Assembly: GCA_963827655.1 (NCBI GenBank)
Contig: CAWHCF010000014.1
Span: 32,001-96,000, forward strand
Origin: an uncultured Acidobacteriota bacterium
GTDB lineage: Bacteria > Acidobacteriota > UBA6911
Length of the DNA: 64,000 nt
Reading direction: 5' to 3'
In this document: positions 18,553 through 27,966 of the stretch, in pieces
Layout of the letters: each line of letters begins with the position of its first letter
How positions within the stretch are numbered: position 1 is the first letter of the stretch
Notes under the pieces: model-generated
What the model was told of the DNA's origin: nothing
Databases searched by the model: none
The model's input: only the letters and a program-made list of their open reading frames with translations
Program-made: the position numbers and the translations under genes

Positions 18553-19362
18553 ATGCGAATCGATCCACATAAGTGCGTTGCTTGCGGCAACTGTCTTCCA
18601 ATCTGTCCAGTGGGTGCTATTTACATCGATCCGGCGATCGGACGCGCCACGGTGAACCAGGATCAGTGCGTCGAGTGCTTCACCTGCTTCCGAGGCATGA
18701 GCACGGAGAGTCTGAATCCGACCATGGTTCGAAGCATTCGTAAGATCCTGGGATTCCTTCGCATTCGCTTTGATCCGGAACCGGACGTTTGTCCTACTTC
18801 CGCCATTACTCCCCAGGAACTGGAATGGCCCAGGGTGGTCCGCCGGGCTTTCAGCGATCCGTTGGTGCCGCACGAGTCGACCGGGATTCATGGGCGAGGA
18901 ACGGAAGAAGTAAAGACTAACGACGTCACGAACCGCGTAAGAGAGGGAGAAGCGGGGTTCACGGTTGAGTTCGGGCGGCCTACCATCGGCGCTCGATTCC
19001 GCGAAATAGAGCAAATGACCCGGGCGCTGGCCGGCGAGGGTTTAGCCTTCGAGGAAAAAAATCCCGTGACCCATCTCATGACCGACCGCAGCCAGGGACT
19101 GATTCGAGAAGATATTCTGAACGAACGAGTTCTCTCGGCCATCGTGGAATTCAAGACCACCCTCGATCGCGTCCCTGAGCTATTGCGCAAAATCCGCACG
19201 GTCGCATCAACGCTGGAGACCGTGGTGCTCGTGGGAGTATCGACGCGGTGTGACGCTTCGGGGGACAGCCCGCTCGAGGAAATTCTGCAGCGCGAGGGCT
19301 TCGCGTTCAACCGGGGAAAGACTAACCTTGGGCTCGGCCAGGCTGTGCACCAGGTACACTAA
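18553..19362 (+). CDS. 4Fe-4S ferredoxin-domain protein of unknown function
   Basis: CVACGNCLPICP and CVECFTC...CP clusters, plus a C-terminal domain with GRGTEEVKTNDVT and EFGRP. Confidence 0.8.
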   Translation: MRIDPHKCVACGNCLPICPVGAIYIDPAIGRATVNQDQCVECFTCFRGMSTESLNPTMVRSIRKILGFLRIRFDPEPDVCPTSAITPQELEWPRVVRRAFSDPLVPHESTGIHGRGTEEVKTNDVTNRVREGEAGFTVEFGRPTIGARFREIEQMTRALAGEGLAFEEKNPVTHLMTDRSQGLIREDILNERVLSAIVEFKTTLDRVPELLRKIRTVASTLETVVLVGVSTRCDASGDSPLEEILQREGFAFNRGKTNLGLGQAVHQVH

Positions 19363-19428
19363 CTCTTCGAAGATCCTTACCGGCTTTGCGTCTTAGTGGT
19401 GATTACAAGAGGAGCATGAGAAACGTCG

Positions 19429-20103
19429 ATGACCAATACCCTCCACCGTTATGGTGACGAACGCAGCTTGAAAGACGATTACATCGTCTTCGCCATTCCG
19501 TCTCGCGGTTACAATGACGCGAACAGCGTCCCCAAGCTCCAGGAGTTTCTTCGTCTCGCCGTGAAACATAAGCCGGTGAATCTCGGCGATGGCTCTCATG
19601 GCGCATTGTTTCGGCCCAATAAAAGGCTGACACCCCTTGCCCATTGGTTTCGCCGGGAAAAATACTCCCATGAAAAAGTCATTAACGGTGTGAAGAATCC
19701 CACGACGGTGGCCGCCGTTTTTAATAACAAGCAAGCCGTTGAAGCATTCGTCGAGGATTTGCGCAAGGCAAACCTCGGCCTTTCCATCAACATCAGCGCC
19801 CTTATCGACAAGGCCCAGGAGTGCTGCCAGGATATCGGCCTGCCTCGGCACAGCGTGGAATACTCTCTCCGCTTCATGGGCAAGACCGATTACCTGGCCG
19901 AGGCCCGCGTCCTCGAGTTGTCCACGATGTGCGGCCACGGCATGATCTCGTTCAACTTTGCCCGCAAGATGCTCGATTGGGTGAAGGGAGGACGGAGGTC
20001 ACCCGAGCAGGCGAGTGAATATCTGAGCCGTTTCTGTACCTGCGGCGTCTATAATCCCTGCCGGGCCGTTGAGATTCTGCAGCAGGCACAAAAAGGGCAT
20101 TGA
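19429..20103 (+). CDS. Conserved hypothetical Cys-rich protein (partner of the upstream ferredoxin protein)
   Basis: MTNTLHR, HSVEYSL, STMCGHGM, CTCGVYNP; co-oriented with the upstream gene. Confidence 0.75.
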   Translation: MTNTLHRYGDERSLKDDYIVFAIPSRGYNDANSVPKLQEFLRLAVKHKPVNLGDGSHGALFRPNKRLTPLAHWFRREKYSHEKVINGVKNPTTVAAVFNNKQAVEAFVEDLRKANLGLSINISALIDKAQECCQDIGLPRHSVEYSLRFMGKTDYLAEARVLELSTMCGHGMISFNFARKMLDWVKGGRRSPEQASEYLSRFCTCGVYNPCRAVEILQQAQKGH

Positions 20104-20150
20104 ACTGAATTAGACCTGGCCCGCAGTTTTTCACCTTCTTCATGGTGTTC

Positions 20151-23100
20151 ATGAATCCAACCCGACGTCGTTGTTTGTTTCTATTCTCTCTATTCCTTCC
20201 AGCTCTGGCTCTCGCCGCGGAACAACAGATCGATGTCCGCCGAAGCGAGGCGCGCGCGGGAGATGACACTGCGGGCGCGCGCCGGACCGCGCAGTTACTC
20301 GAGCGCGCCGCGAGCCGGCTGGGGGCCGGAATAGAGACTTCGCTGGATGATGCGGGAAGCCTCCGGGCTTTCGCCCGTCATTCGCCTCCGCTCTCGCGGC
20401 CCGATGCGCGCGATGCGCAGACGGTGGCGCGCGAGTTTGTCGCCGCCAATCGCGACCTGCTGGACCTCGATCCGACCTGGATAAACAACCTCGAGTTGGT
20501 GGCTGAAGACAGGTCCGGGCCCAACCAGCTCTTGAAGTTCCGCCAGCAGTGGGACGGCATCCCGGTGTTTCAAAGCAACCTCCGGATTCACGTGTCTCCG
20601 GCCGGAGAAATCGTCGAGCTGCAGTTTCATCTGGAAAGGTCGCGCATCCAGTCCGAGCGCGCTACTCTGAGTACTTCGATTCCCTCCGAGCAGGCGATCC
20701 GCGCCGCCGCCTCGGGCCTTGAGCCTGAGCTGCGCGAGCTCCGGATAAACGTTGTTGTGTCCGCGCAAGGTTCGCGTCACCGGACCGAGTTGCGGTTTGG
20801 ACCGCGCGCCGACGAAGTCATAGCGCAGTGGGTGTGGTTCCCGGTCGGCGCCGAGCTGCGCCTGGCCTGGCTGTTCGACGCGGTATCGGTAGATGGGGAA
20901 ACCTATTACGAATGCGTCGTCGATGCCAACAACGGCGCGCTTCTCTATCGCCACTCGATCACCGATTCGGAAAACAGCAGGCTGGGTTTTCGACGGCGCC
21001 AACCCCCAGCCCAGCGCAACCCCGGGGGTGCTCCCGCCGGTCCCCAACCCGCCCGGCATTGTCGCGCGCAAGACTGTTTCGTTCGCGGGCGATCCTGCCG
21101 CCTCGCCTCAGGGCTGGGTCGGAGCCACGGGTGAAACCATTGGTAACAACGTAATCGCGCGCGAGGACCGCAGAGGCGACAACGAAGTCACGCTCGGGGC
21201 GACGGCTCGGGGAACGGCCGATGGTTCCAATCTGCTGTTCAACTTCGACCTTGAACTTGGTCCCGACGCGCCCTCGCCCCTGAACTTTACCAACGCCGCC
21301 GTCACGAGCCTGTTCTATTGGTGCAACGTGATGCACGACTACTTCTACGGCCTGGGATTCACCGAGGCGGCGGGAAACTTCCAGGAAGACAATTTCGGAA
21401 GGGGCGGGCTGGGCCTGGATTCGCTGCGGGCCGACGCGCAAGACAACAGCGAAGGAAACCCCCCCATCACGGAACAACGCCAACTTCAGCACGCCTCTCG
21501 ACGGCTCCAGACCGCGCATGCAGATGTATCTCTGGGGAAATCCGGGTGGCCCCTTCGTCGACAGCGATTTCGACGCCGAAGTCATTATTCACGAGTACAC
21601 GCACGGGGTTTTTCGCCGCCTGGCTCCCGCCGCAGGAGGCTCGCAGTGGGCCGCCATGAACGAGGGCAACAGCGATTTCTTCGCGCTCAATTACCTGACC
21701 CCGCCGCAGGCTTCCCCGGACGGCGACTTCACGGCCGGAAGTTACTCGAATCGTAATTTTACGCGCGGCATACGCACGCGTCCTTTTTCTACCAAGGTTT
21801 CCGTGAACGACCTGAGTTACGCCGATTACGGCCGGGTGATCAGCGGACCCGAGGTCCACGCCGACGGCGAGATCTGGGTGCAGGCGATGTGGGAGCTTCG
21901 CTCGCGCCTGGTCAAGCGCTTTGGCTACAACGAAGGCCGGCGGCGCGTCGCCCAGCTGATGATCGACGCGATGAAGCGCGCTCCGGCAAATGCGTCGTAT
22001 GTCGACATGCGTGATGCCCTCGTGGCCGCGGATCGCGCGAACCACGCCGGAGAAGACGTCAATGCCATCTGGGAGTCGTTTGCCCGCCGGGGGCTGGGCT
22101 ACATGGCTGCGACGAACAACGGGTCCAGCGTGAGAGTCCTGCCTTCTCAGGACCTCCCTTCCCCCCTGGGCAAGGTCCGCTTCTTTGAAAGCGTTTACTA
22201 TGACGGTGAGCCATTGCGGATTTACGTCGGTGATGAGAACAATCCCGATGCCAGCGTTTCGTTACGCGTGGAAACCAGCAGCGGCGACCGGGAGACACTG
22301 GCTCTCCCGCGTGCCGGCTCTACCTACCGGGTGACTTTGACTCCCGCCGCGGGCGCCCTCGCCCCGGGGGACGGCCGGCTTCAGCTTGGTCCGGGTGAGA
22401 TCGTGCGCGCGACTTATCTGGATTCGAATGACGGCACCGGCACGCCCCGCGAAATTGTGAGTCAGGTGGCGGTGCGGCCCGCGTACAGCATGCAGCTCGA
22501 GGGAAGCAGCTTTCCGTTGGCGACGGAGACTCCTCTCGATTTGAGAGGAGACAATGCCGCCCGCACCATCGAACTTCCTTTCGGCTTTCCCTTTTATTCC
22601 CGCCTGGTGACCTCGATCTGGATCACGACCAACGGCCTCATTACCATCGGACACGCGAATCCCGGCGGCGGAAATTCACAGACCACGTTGAACTCCTATG
22701 CTGCCATCGCCCCGCTATGGGATGACCTGCGCACCGATGGGAGCGCGCAGCCGGGAGAAGACATTTACATGTCACGTCCCTCTCCCGACAGCATCCGGTT
22801 TCGCTGGATAGCTGAAAGCCTGAGGCCGGGTTCGCCCAACGGAGATCCAGTCAACTTCGCGGTAACACTATTTGAAAACGGGAATATCGTTTTTCACTAC
22901 GGGTCCGGAAACCGAGGCGTGACTCCTACGGTCGGACTCTCGCGCGGCACCGAAACTTTCATGCAGATCGTGCCCAGCCACTCCAGCACCGGGGGAATCT
23001 CCCTGGAGAACGCCCAGACCGTGATCTGGAGCTTTCCCGGAGCGGACTTCACCACGACGATCTTTCCGTTTTTCCGCGGAAACGCCGCCCAGTTTACCGG

Positions 23101-24414
23101 TTATGCCGCAGCGAACTACGCCTCGACCGAAACGGATATCCTCTTCACCGCGCGAAACGACGCGGGCCAGCCCGTGAGCCCGAGGGCGGCATCGCTGACT
23201 GCAGGTGCCCAGCTCGCGCAAACGGGCGAACAGATTACCGGTGTGCCCTCGGCTCCGGACCGTGAAGGCTGGATCGAGGCGCGCGCCACGAGCAGCCGGG
23301 TCGCGATGTTTTATCTCTATGGAGACATCAACCAGAACTATCTGGATGGCGCGCTGGCTTCGTCAAGACCGGGCCGAGACCTGGTCTTCAGCCGGATCCA
23401 AGTCGGATCGGCCACGGCTTCCGGCAAAGCAGCCCAGACTTCGCTCTTTCTGGTCAATCACTCAAACAGTCCGGCAAACATCGAGATCAAGTGGCATGAC
23501 TCCACGGGGGCGCCGGCAAGCTCGGTAGCGCGAACCATTCCGGCTCGAGGCCGTCTGAACGCGCCGCTGGCCAGTCTGTTTTCGTTCTTTCCTTCTTCCC
23601 TCGACACCGGCTATATCCGCGCGACATCGGATACGAACATCGCAGGCGTCGAAATCGTGGAGATGGGCGATACGGTATACATGGTTCCCGGCCAGGAACC
23701 CTCGGTGGCCACAACCCTCTACGCGGCCCATTTCGCCAGTGGCGGGCTGGGAGGAATTCAGTATTTTACCGATGTGAACTTGATCAACACGTCCAGCTCT
23801 ACGCGGAGTATTTCCGTTTCATTGCTCGGCAACGACGGCGCGCCGGTCGCCGGTCCAGGGCTGGTTAACCCTTACAGGACGTCTCTTGCGCCCGGGGCTC
23901 AGCTCCGTATTCGCGGGGACAGGCTGTTCGCCATGCCCGATCCGGCTGGAAGCAGCACTTTCTACGAGGGCTCGCTGGTGGTCACGGCCAGTGGCGCGGG
24001 AATTGTCGGAGATATCACTTTCGGCGATGCGATAAACCAGAGGTTCGCGGCCAGTCTCCCGCTGGATGGCACGCTGCTGTCCGACACACTCCTTGCGCAG
24101 GTGGCCGAGGGAAGTACCGGAGCCGGCAAACCCTACTTCACCGGCATCGCTCTCCATAATCCCAACCCAGGGAATGTCGAGATACTCGTCCAGGCCTATA
24201 GCCAGCGGGGCATCCTGACCGGAAGTTCCAGCTTCACGATGGGCGGGGGAACCCGTCTGGCGCGCACGCTGGCCCAATTGATGAACGGCTTCGGGCAGAT
24301 TGGCGGATACGTACGGATCAGTTCCAAGGGAGGCCCGATCACAACCTTTGGCGTTTACGGCGACTCTTCACTCGACTCGCTGGTTGCAGTATTGCCACAC
24401 CCCGTCTCCCATAG
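20151..24414 (+). CDS. Large secreted M36 (fungalysin-like) metallopeptidase with NIDO-like and C-terminal beta-sandwich repeats; frameshifts near 20975 and 21470
   Basis: Signal peptide and FTP/PepSY propeptide (20142 frame). YGLGFTEAAGNFQ (20893 frame). NNANF...PRMQMYLW, HEYTH, NEGNSD and EVHADGEIW (21518 frame). The 3' end abuts the MITE. Confidence 0.85.
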
Positions 24415-24647
24415 GGTTCGCGCAGAAATAAGTTCGCATTCTGCTGCAGGCCCCCAGGCCCGATGGCGAGGCGCGAGCGACGATGCGTACCCGGTGCGGT
24501 ACGTGAGGAGCGAGCAACAAAGCCAGCGGGCCTGCGGGCCGCAGCCCGAAGGGGCGCGAGCCTCAGGGTCCCTTGCGAACAGAAACCGGTTCATGATTGA
24601 TCACCGACCCTCGCGCCAGAATGTGAAGTTATTTCTGCGCGAGCCCT
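24413..24647. mobile_element. MITE copy 1 (~235 bp, TIR AGGGTTCGCGCAGAAATAA)
   Basis: Terminal inverted repeats AGGGTTCGCGCAGAAATAA / TTATTTCTGCGCGAGCCCT and no transposase. A near-identical copy is at 57058-57282. Confidence 0.88.
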
Positions 24648-24696
24648 TAGGTTCCCGCTCTACACTTTCCTTTGGGTCTTGGCGGTTCGCCGCAAT

Positions 24697-26202
24697 TCAC
24701 TCTTCCAGACGTGAAGCCAGCACACGCTCGAGGCGATTGGGATCGCGACGCAGATGCACGGTCTTGCCGCGCCGCACATAAACCAGGCCTGGCTTTGCTC
24801 CGGTCGGTTTCTTGACATCTTTGACTGCGGCCACGTGCACGTCGGCGCGGTTCGACTCTCTTTGCCTCGAGAAGTGAACCGCCAGTTCACAGGCATCGAG
24901 TAGCGACTCCGAGGGGGGATCCTCACGCCCTTCGGTGCGCAGTATCACGTGACTGCCAGGCGAGCCCTCCAGATGAAAGAAAAGATCCTTGCCGCGGGCA
25001 AGCCGCGTTGTCAAATAGTCGTTCCCCTCATCGTTCCGGCCCACCCAGATCTCGAAACCGTCGGCCGTCCGGTAACGCTTCGGCCGAAGCCGGCTGGGGA
25101 ATCGTTTCTCGCCGGCGCCTTTCGGAACCGCCGCCGCCTGGGATTTCGGGGCAGGGGAATGCCTGGCCAACAATCTCTTAACCCGACTCCGCGAGGCAAA
25201 TGCGCGAAGCGTCTGAAAGTCGGATCTCCTATTGATAAGCGACTCAAGCTCGGCGTGAAGCTCCGCCAGATCTTCTTGCTCGCGCCGAACCATTTCGAGC
25301 TGGCGCTCCAACTCGAGCTTTCTTCTCCCTTCTTTGCGATAGCGTGTGAAATACAATTCCAGATTGCCGGTCCCGGAGAGGGTCGGATCGAGCGCAATCG
25401 TTATCTGCTCGCCAGTCGCATGATCAAGGGCCTGCACGGCGCTGGCACCCGGTTCAACATTCTGCACAACTCCCTTGAGCAACTCTCCAAGCCGCTGGTA
25501 GCTGGCTGCATCGGTTGCCGCGCGGCGATCGCTGTCAAGATTCGCACCCTTCCGTTCCAGAAAATCGGACTCCCGGGAGATAGCGCGCTGGACCCTGCGT
25601 GACAGCTCGTCGCATTCCCTCTCCTGTTCCAGCTGCCGGTAGGTCCGTTCAATCGCTTCGAGATAGTGGTCGGCGGATGTGTCTTCCCACCGGTCAACTC
25701 CAGCGGTCCGGAGGGACGAAACCGGGTTGGTCCAGAGGTCTCCGATGGCAAGTTCGCGCCGTGTTTCCTCGAGGGGGCGCATCGAATACAGTAACTTACC
25801 CGCGCGGCTCAGCAGATAGATATTGCTGCGCGAACCGAGTATTGAAAGCAGGATCTCGAAACCACCTCCCTGCGTTATGACCCCGATTCCAGCCTGCCGG
25901 TCGTCGCCGATGACTCGCGTCCCGCCAAAACGCGCGCGTCCGAGATGGGCGCGCAAGTACTGGGCGAACAAGCGCGGGAGCCGCTGGGTAGCGATCGCGT
26001 CTTCCAATATGGAAATGCGCGCAAAGTCGGGCCTGCACGATAGCAGGACATGGTCCGCCCGGGTTTTTGGTTTTTCGCCAGGTCGACGAAATGTGAGAAC
26101 CAGGCTGAAGTCATCCGGCTGGACGATCTGATGAAGAATGGCGTCCGCGAATCTAATCTCCAGCACGTGTATGGCACGGCGCAGTTCGGTCAGGCTTAAC
26201 AT
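24697..26202 (-). CDS. rqcH: NFACT family ribosome quality-control protein (RqcH/Rqc2, FbpA-like)
   Basis: NFACT-N domain, coiled coil, and NFACT-R (IWVGRNDEGNDYL, DLFFH, PGSHVIL, VKKPTGAKPGLV). Confidence 0.8.
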   Translation of the reverse strand: MLSLTELRRAIHVLEIRFADAILHQIVQPDDFSLVLTFRRPGEKPKTRADHVLLSCRPDFARISILEDAIATQRLPRLFAQYLRAHLGRARFGGTRVIGDDRQAGIGVITQGGGFEILLSILGSRSNIYLLSRAGKLLYSMRPLEETRRELAIGDLWTNPVSSLRTAGVDRWEDTSADHYLEAIERTYRQLEQERECDELSRRVQRAISRESDFLERKGANLDSDRRAATDAASYQRLGELLKGVVQNVEPGASAVQALDHATGEQITIALDPTLSGTGNLELYFTRYRKEGRRKLELERQLEMVRREQEDLAELHAELESLINRRSDFQTLRAFASRSRVKRLLARHSPAPKSQAAAVPKGAGEKRFPSRLRPKRYRTADGFEIWVGRNDEGNDYLTTRLARGKDLFFHLEGSPGSHVILRTEGREDPPSESLLDACELAVHFSRQRESNRADVHVAAVKDVKKPTGAKPGLVYVRRGKTVHLRRDPNRLERVLASRLEE

Positions 26203-26300
26203 CGCGATATCGCTGTCTTCTCATTATTGCACATGTTCACGCTGACAGCTGACAGCTGCGCCTTAGTGGTTGCCTTCTTCGAATGATTTGCGGATGATCG

Positions 26301-27614
26301 GTGCAGGAGATCCTGGTGACCATTACGATAACAGATGTTCTGATCCGAGATATCCGGTTCCCAACTTCGCGCGCGCTCGATGGCTCCGATGCCATGAACC
26401 CGGATCCGGACTACTCGGCTGCGTACGTGATCCTGCGCACCGACCGGGAGGGACTCGAAGGACACGGGCTGACTTTTACCATCGGTCGCGGCAATGACCT
26501 GTGCGTCGAGGCCGCAAAGGCGCTCGCGCCGTTGATCCGGGGCAAGACGCTCGAGTCGTTGACCGGCGGCATGGGACAGTTCTGGGAGATGATCACGGGA
26601 GACAGTCAACTAAGGTGGGTCGGACCGGAAAAAGGGGTGATTCACCTTGCCACGGCGGCGATCGTGAATGCCGTGTGGGACCTCTTCGCCAAGTCCGAAA
26701 GCAAACCACTATGGAAGCTGCTGGTCGACATGAAGCCCGAGCAACTGGTCTCGTGCGTTCCATTCCGGTACATCACAGACGCGCTGACCCCGGAAGAGGC
26801 GCTCGAGATCCTGCGCCGCAACCAGCCCACAAAGGAGCGCCGCGAAGCCGAGATGCGGCGCCAGGGTTTTCCGGCCTACACCACCTCGGTCGGCTGGCTC
26901 GGCTACTCCGACGAAAAGGTTCGGCGCCTGCTGCGGGAAGCGCTAGGCCACGGTTGGACGCACTTCAAGATGAAAGTGGGTCGCAACCTCGAGGATGATG
27001 CGCGACGGGCAAAACTCATCCGGGAGGAGATTGGCCCGGAGCGCAAACTCATGATGGATGCCAATCAGGTCTGGAGCGTTAGTGAAGCCATTGCCTGGAT
27101 GCGGGAACTGGCGAAGTTCGAACCCTACTGGATCGAGGAGCCGACCAGCCCGGACGACGTGCTGGGCCATCGCGCGATCGCGCAGGCTATCGCGCCGATC
27201 GGCGTCGCGACCGGCGAACACTGCCACAACCGGATCATGTTCAAGCAGTTTCTCCAGGCCGGCGCTCTACGCTTCTGCCAGATCGATAGCTGCCGGCTGG
27301 GCGGTGTAAACGAGGTGCTTGCCGTCCTGCTGCTGGCCGCGAAATTCGGCGTTCCGGTTTGCCCGCACGCGGGGGGTGTCGGCCTGTGCGAATACGTGCA
27401 GCATCTGGCAATTTTTGACTACATCTGCGTCGGCGCGTCGCTCGAGCATCGCGTCCTGGAGTACGTGGACCACCTGCACGAACATTTCGTCGAGCCGGTG
27501 GTCATGCGCGACGCTCACTACATGCCGCCGGCCGCGCCGGGATACAGCATCACGATGAAACCGGAATCACTGGCCCGCTACGAATTCCCGGATGGTCCGG
27601 CGTGGAGGTCCTAG
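26301..27614 (+). CDS. L-fuconate dehydratase-like enolase-superfamily enzyme
   Basis: DIRFPTS...GSDAMNPDPDYSAAY, FKMKVG, MMDANQ, WIEEPTSPDD, ATGEH, CPHAGGVGLCE. The start may instead be the GTG at 26316. Confidence 0.92.
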   Translation: MQEILVTITITDVLIRDIRFPTSRALDGSDAMNPDPDYSAAYVILRTDREGLEGHGLTFTIGRGNDLCVEAAKALAPLIRGKTLESLTGGMGQFWEMITGDSQLRWVGPEKGVIHLATAAIVNAVWDLFAKSESKPLWKLLVDMKPEQLVSCVPFRYITDALTPEEALEILRRNQPTKERREAEMRRQGFPAYTTSVGWLGYSDEKVRRLLREALGHGWTHFKMKVGRNLEDDARRAKLIREEIGPERKLMMDANQVWSVSEAIAWMRELAKFEPYWIEEPTSPDDVLGHRAIAQAIAPIGVATGEHCHNRIMFKQFLQAGALRFCQIDSCRLGGVNEVLAVLLLAAKFGVPVCPHAGGVGLCEYVQHLAIFDYICVGASLEHRVLEYVDHLHEHFVEPVVMRDAHYMPPAAPGYSITMKPESLARYEFPDGPAWRS

Positions 27615-27640
27615 CGCTTCTTTCGCGTCTTGCGCTTTCC

Positions 27641-27682
27641 CTGGAGTGCGTCAACCTTGCCTGCGCCTTAGTTTGGCGAAGG
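27641..27682 (+). repeat. REP-like palindrome (TGGAGTGC...family), degenerate copy
   Basis: CTGGAGTGCGTCAACCTTGCCTGCGCCTTAGTTTGGCGAAGG; related to 48531-48582 (-) and 63291-63346 (+). Confidence 0.6.
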
Positions 27683-27711
27683 CGGGATCTCAGAACTCGC
27701 AGCCAGGTCAT
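27679..27711 (-). pseudogene. Truncated 5' stub of a third ADOP permease (MTWLRVLRSRL)
   Basis: The first 11 codons and upstream region match the start of the 27856-30519 gene, then break off at the REP-like element. Confidence 0.75.
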
Positions 27712-27966
27712 AGTTCCTCACTCGTCACCAGGCACTGGTATGTCATATCTCCACGCCGCCGCCGGTCGACCTCGAACTTGCTTTTCCGGAACGGCGCAGC
27801 ACTCGATACTGATCACTCGCATCTCAGCGCACCATGGGATTCAGCCTTCTTCCTCTTACTCGTATCGGAGGGCCGTCATTGGATCGATCTTCGCCGCGCG
27901 TCGGGCGGGCAGCCAACAAGCAAGCAAAGCCACCAAGGCCAGCAGCAGCGTGACACCGACAAACGT
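27680..27966. repeat. ADOP array junction repeat, copy 1 (permease 3' end + spacer + next 5' end)
   Basis: Direct repeat of 30488-30768. The last ~110 nt of the two permeases differ at only about 3 positions. Confidence 0.88.

Noticed and set aside
24415-24781. C-terminal extension of the 1087-aa ORF
   Set aside because: It is read-through into the MITE and the antisense strand of rqcH. The real stop is probably the TAG at 24412-24414, one base out of frame.
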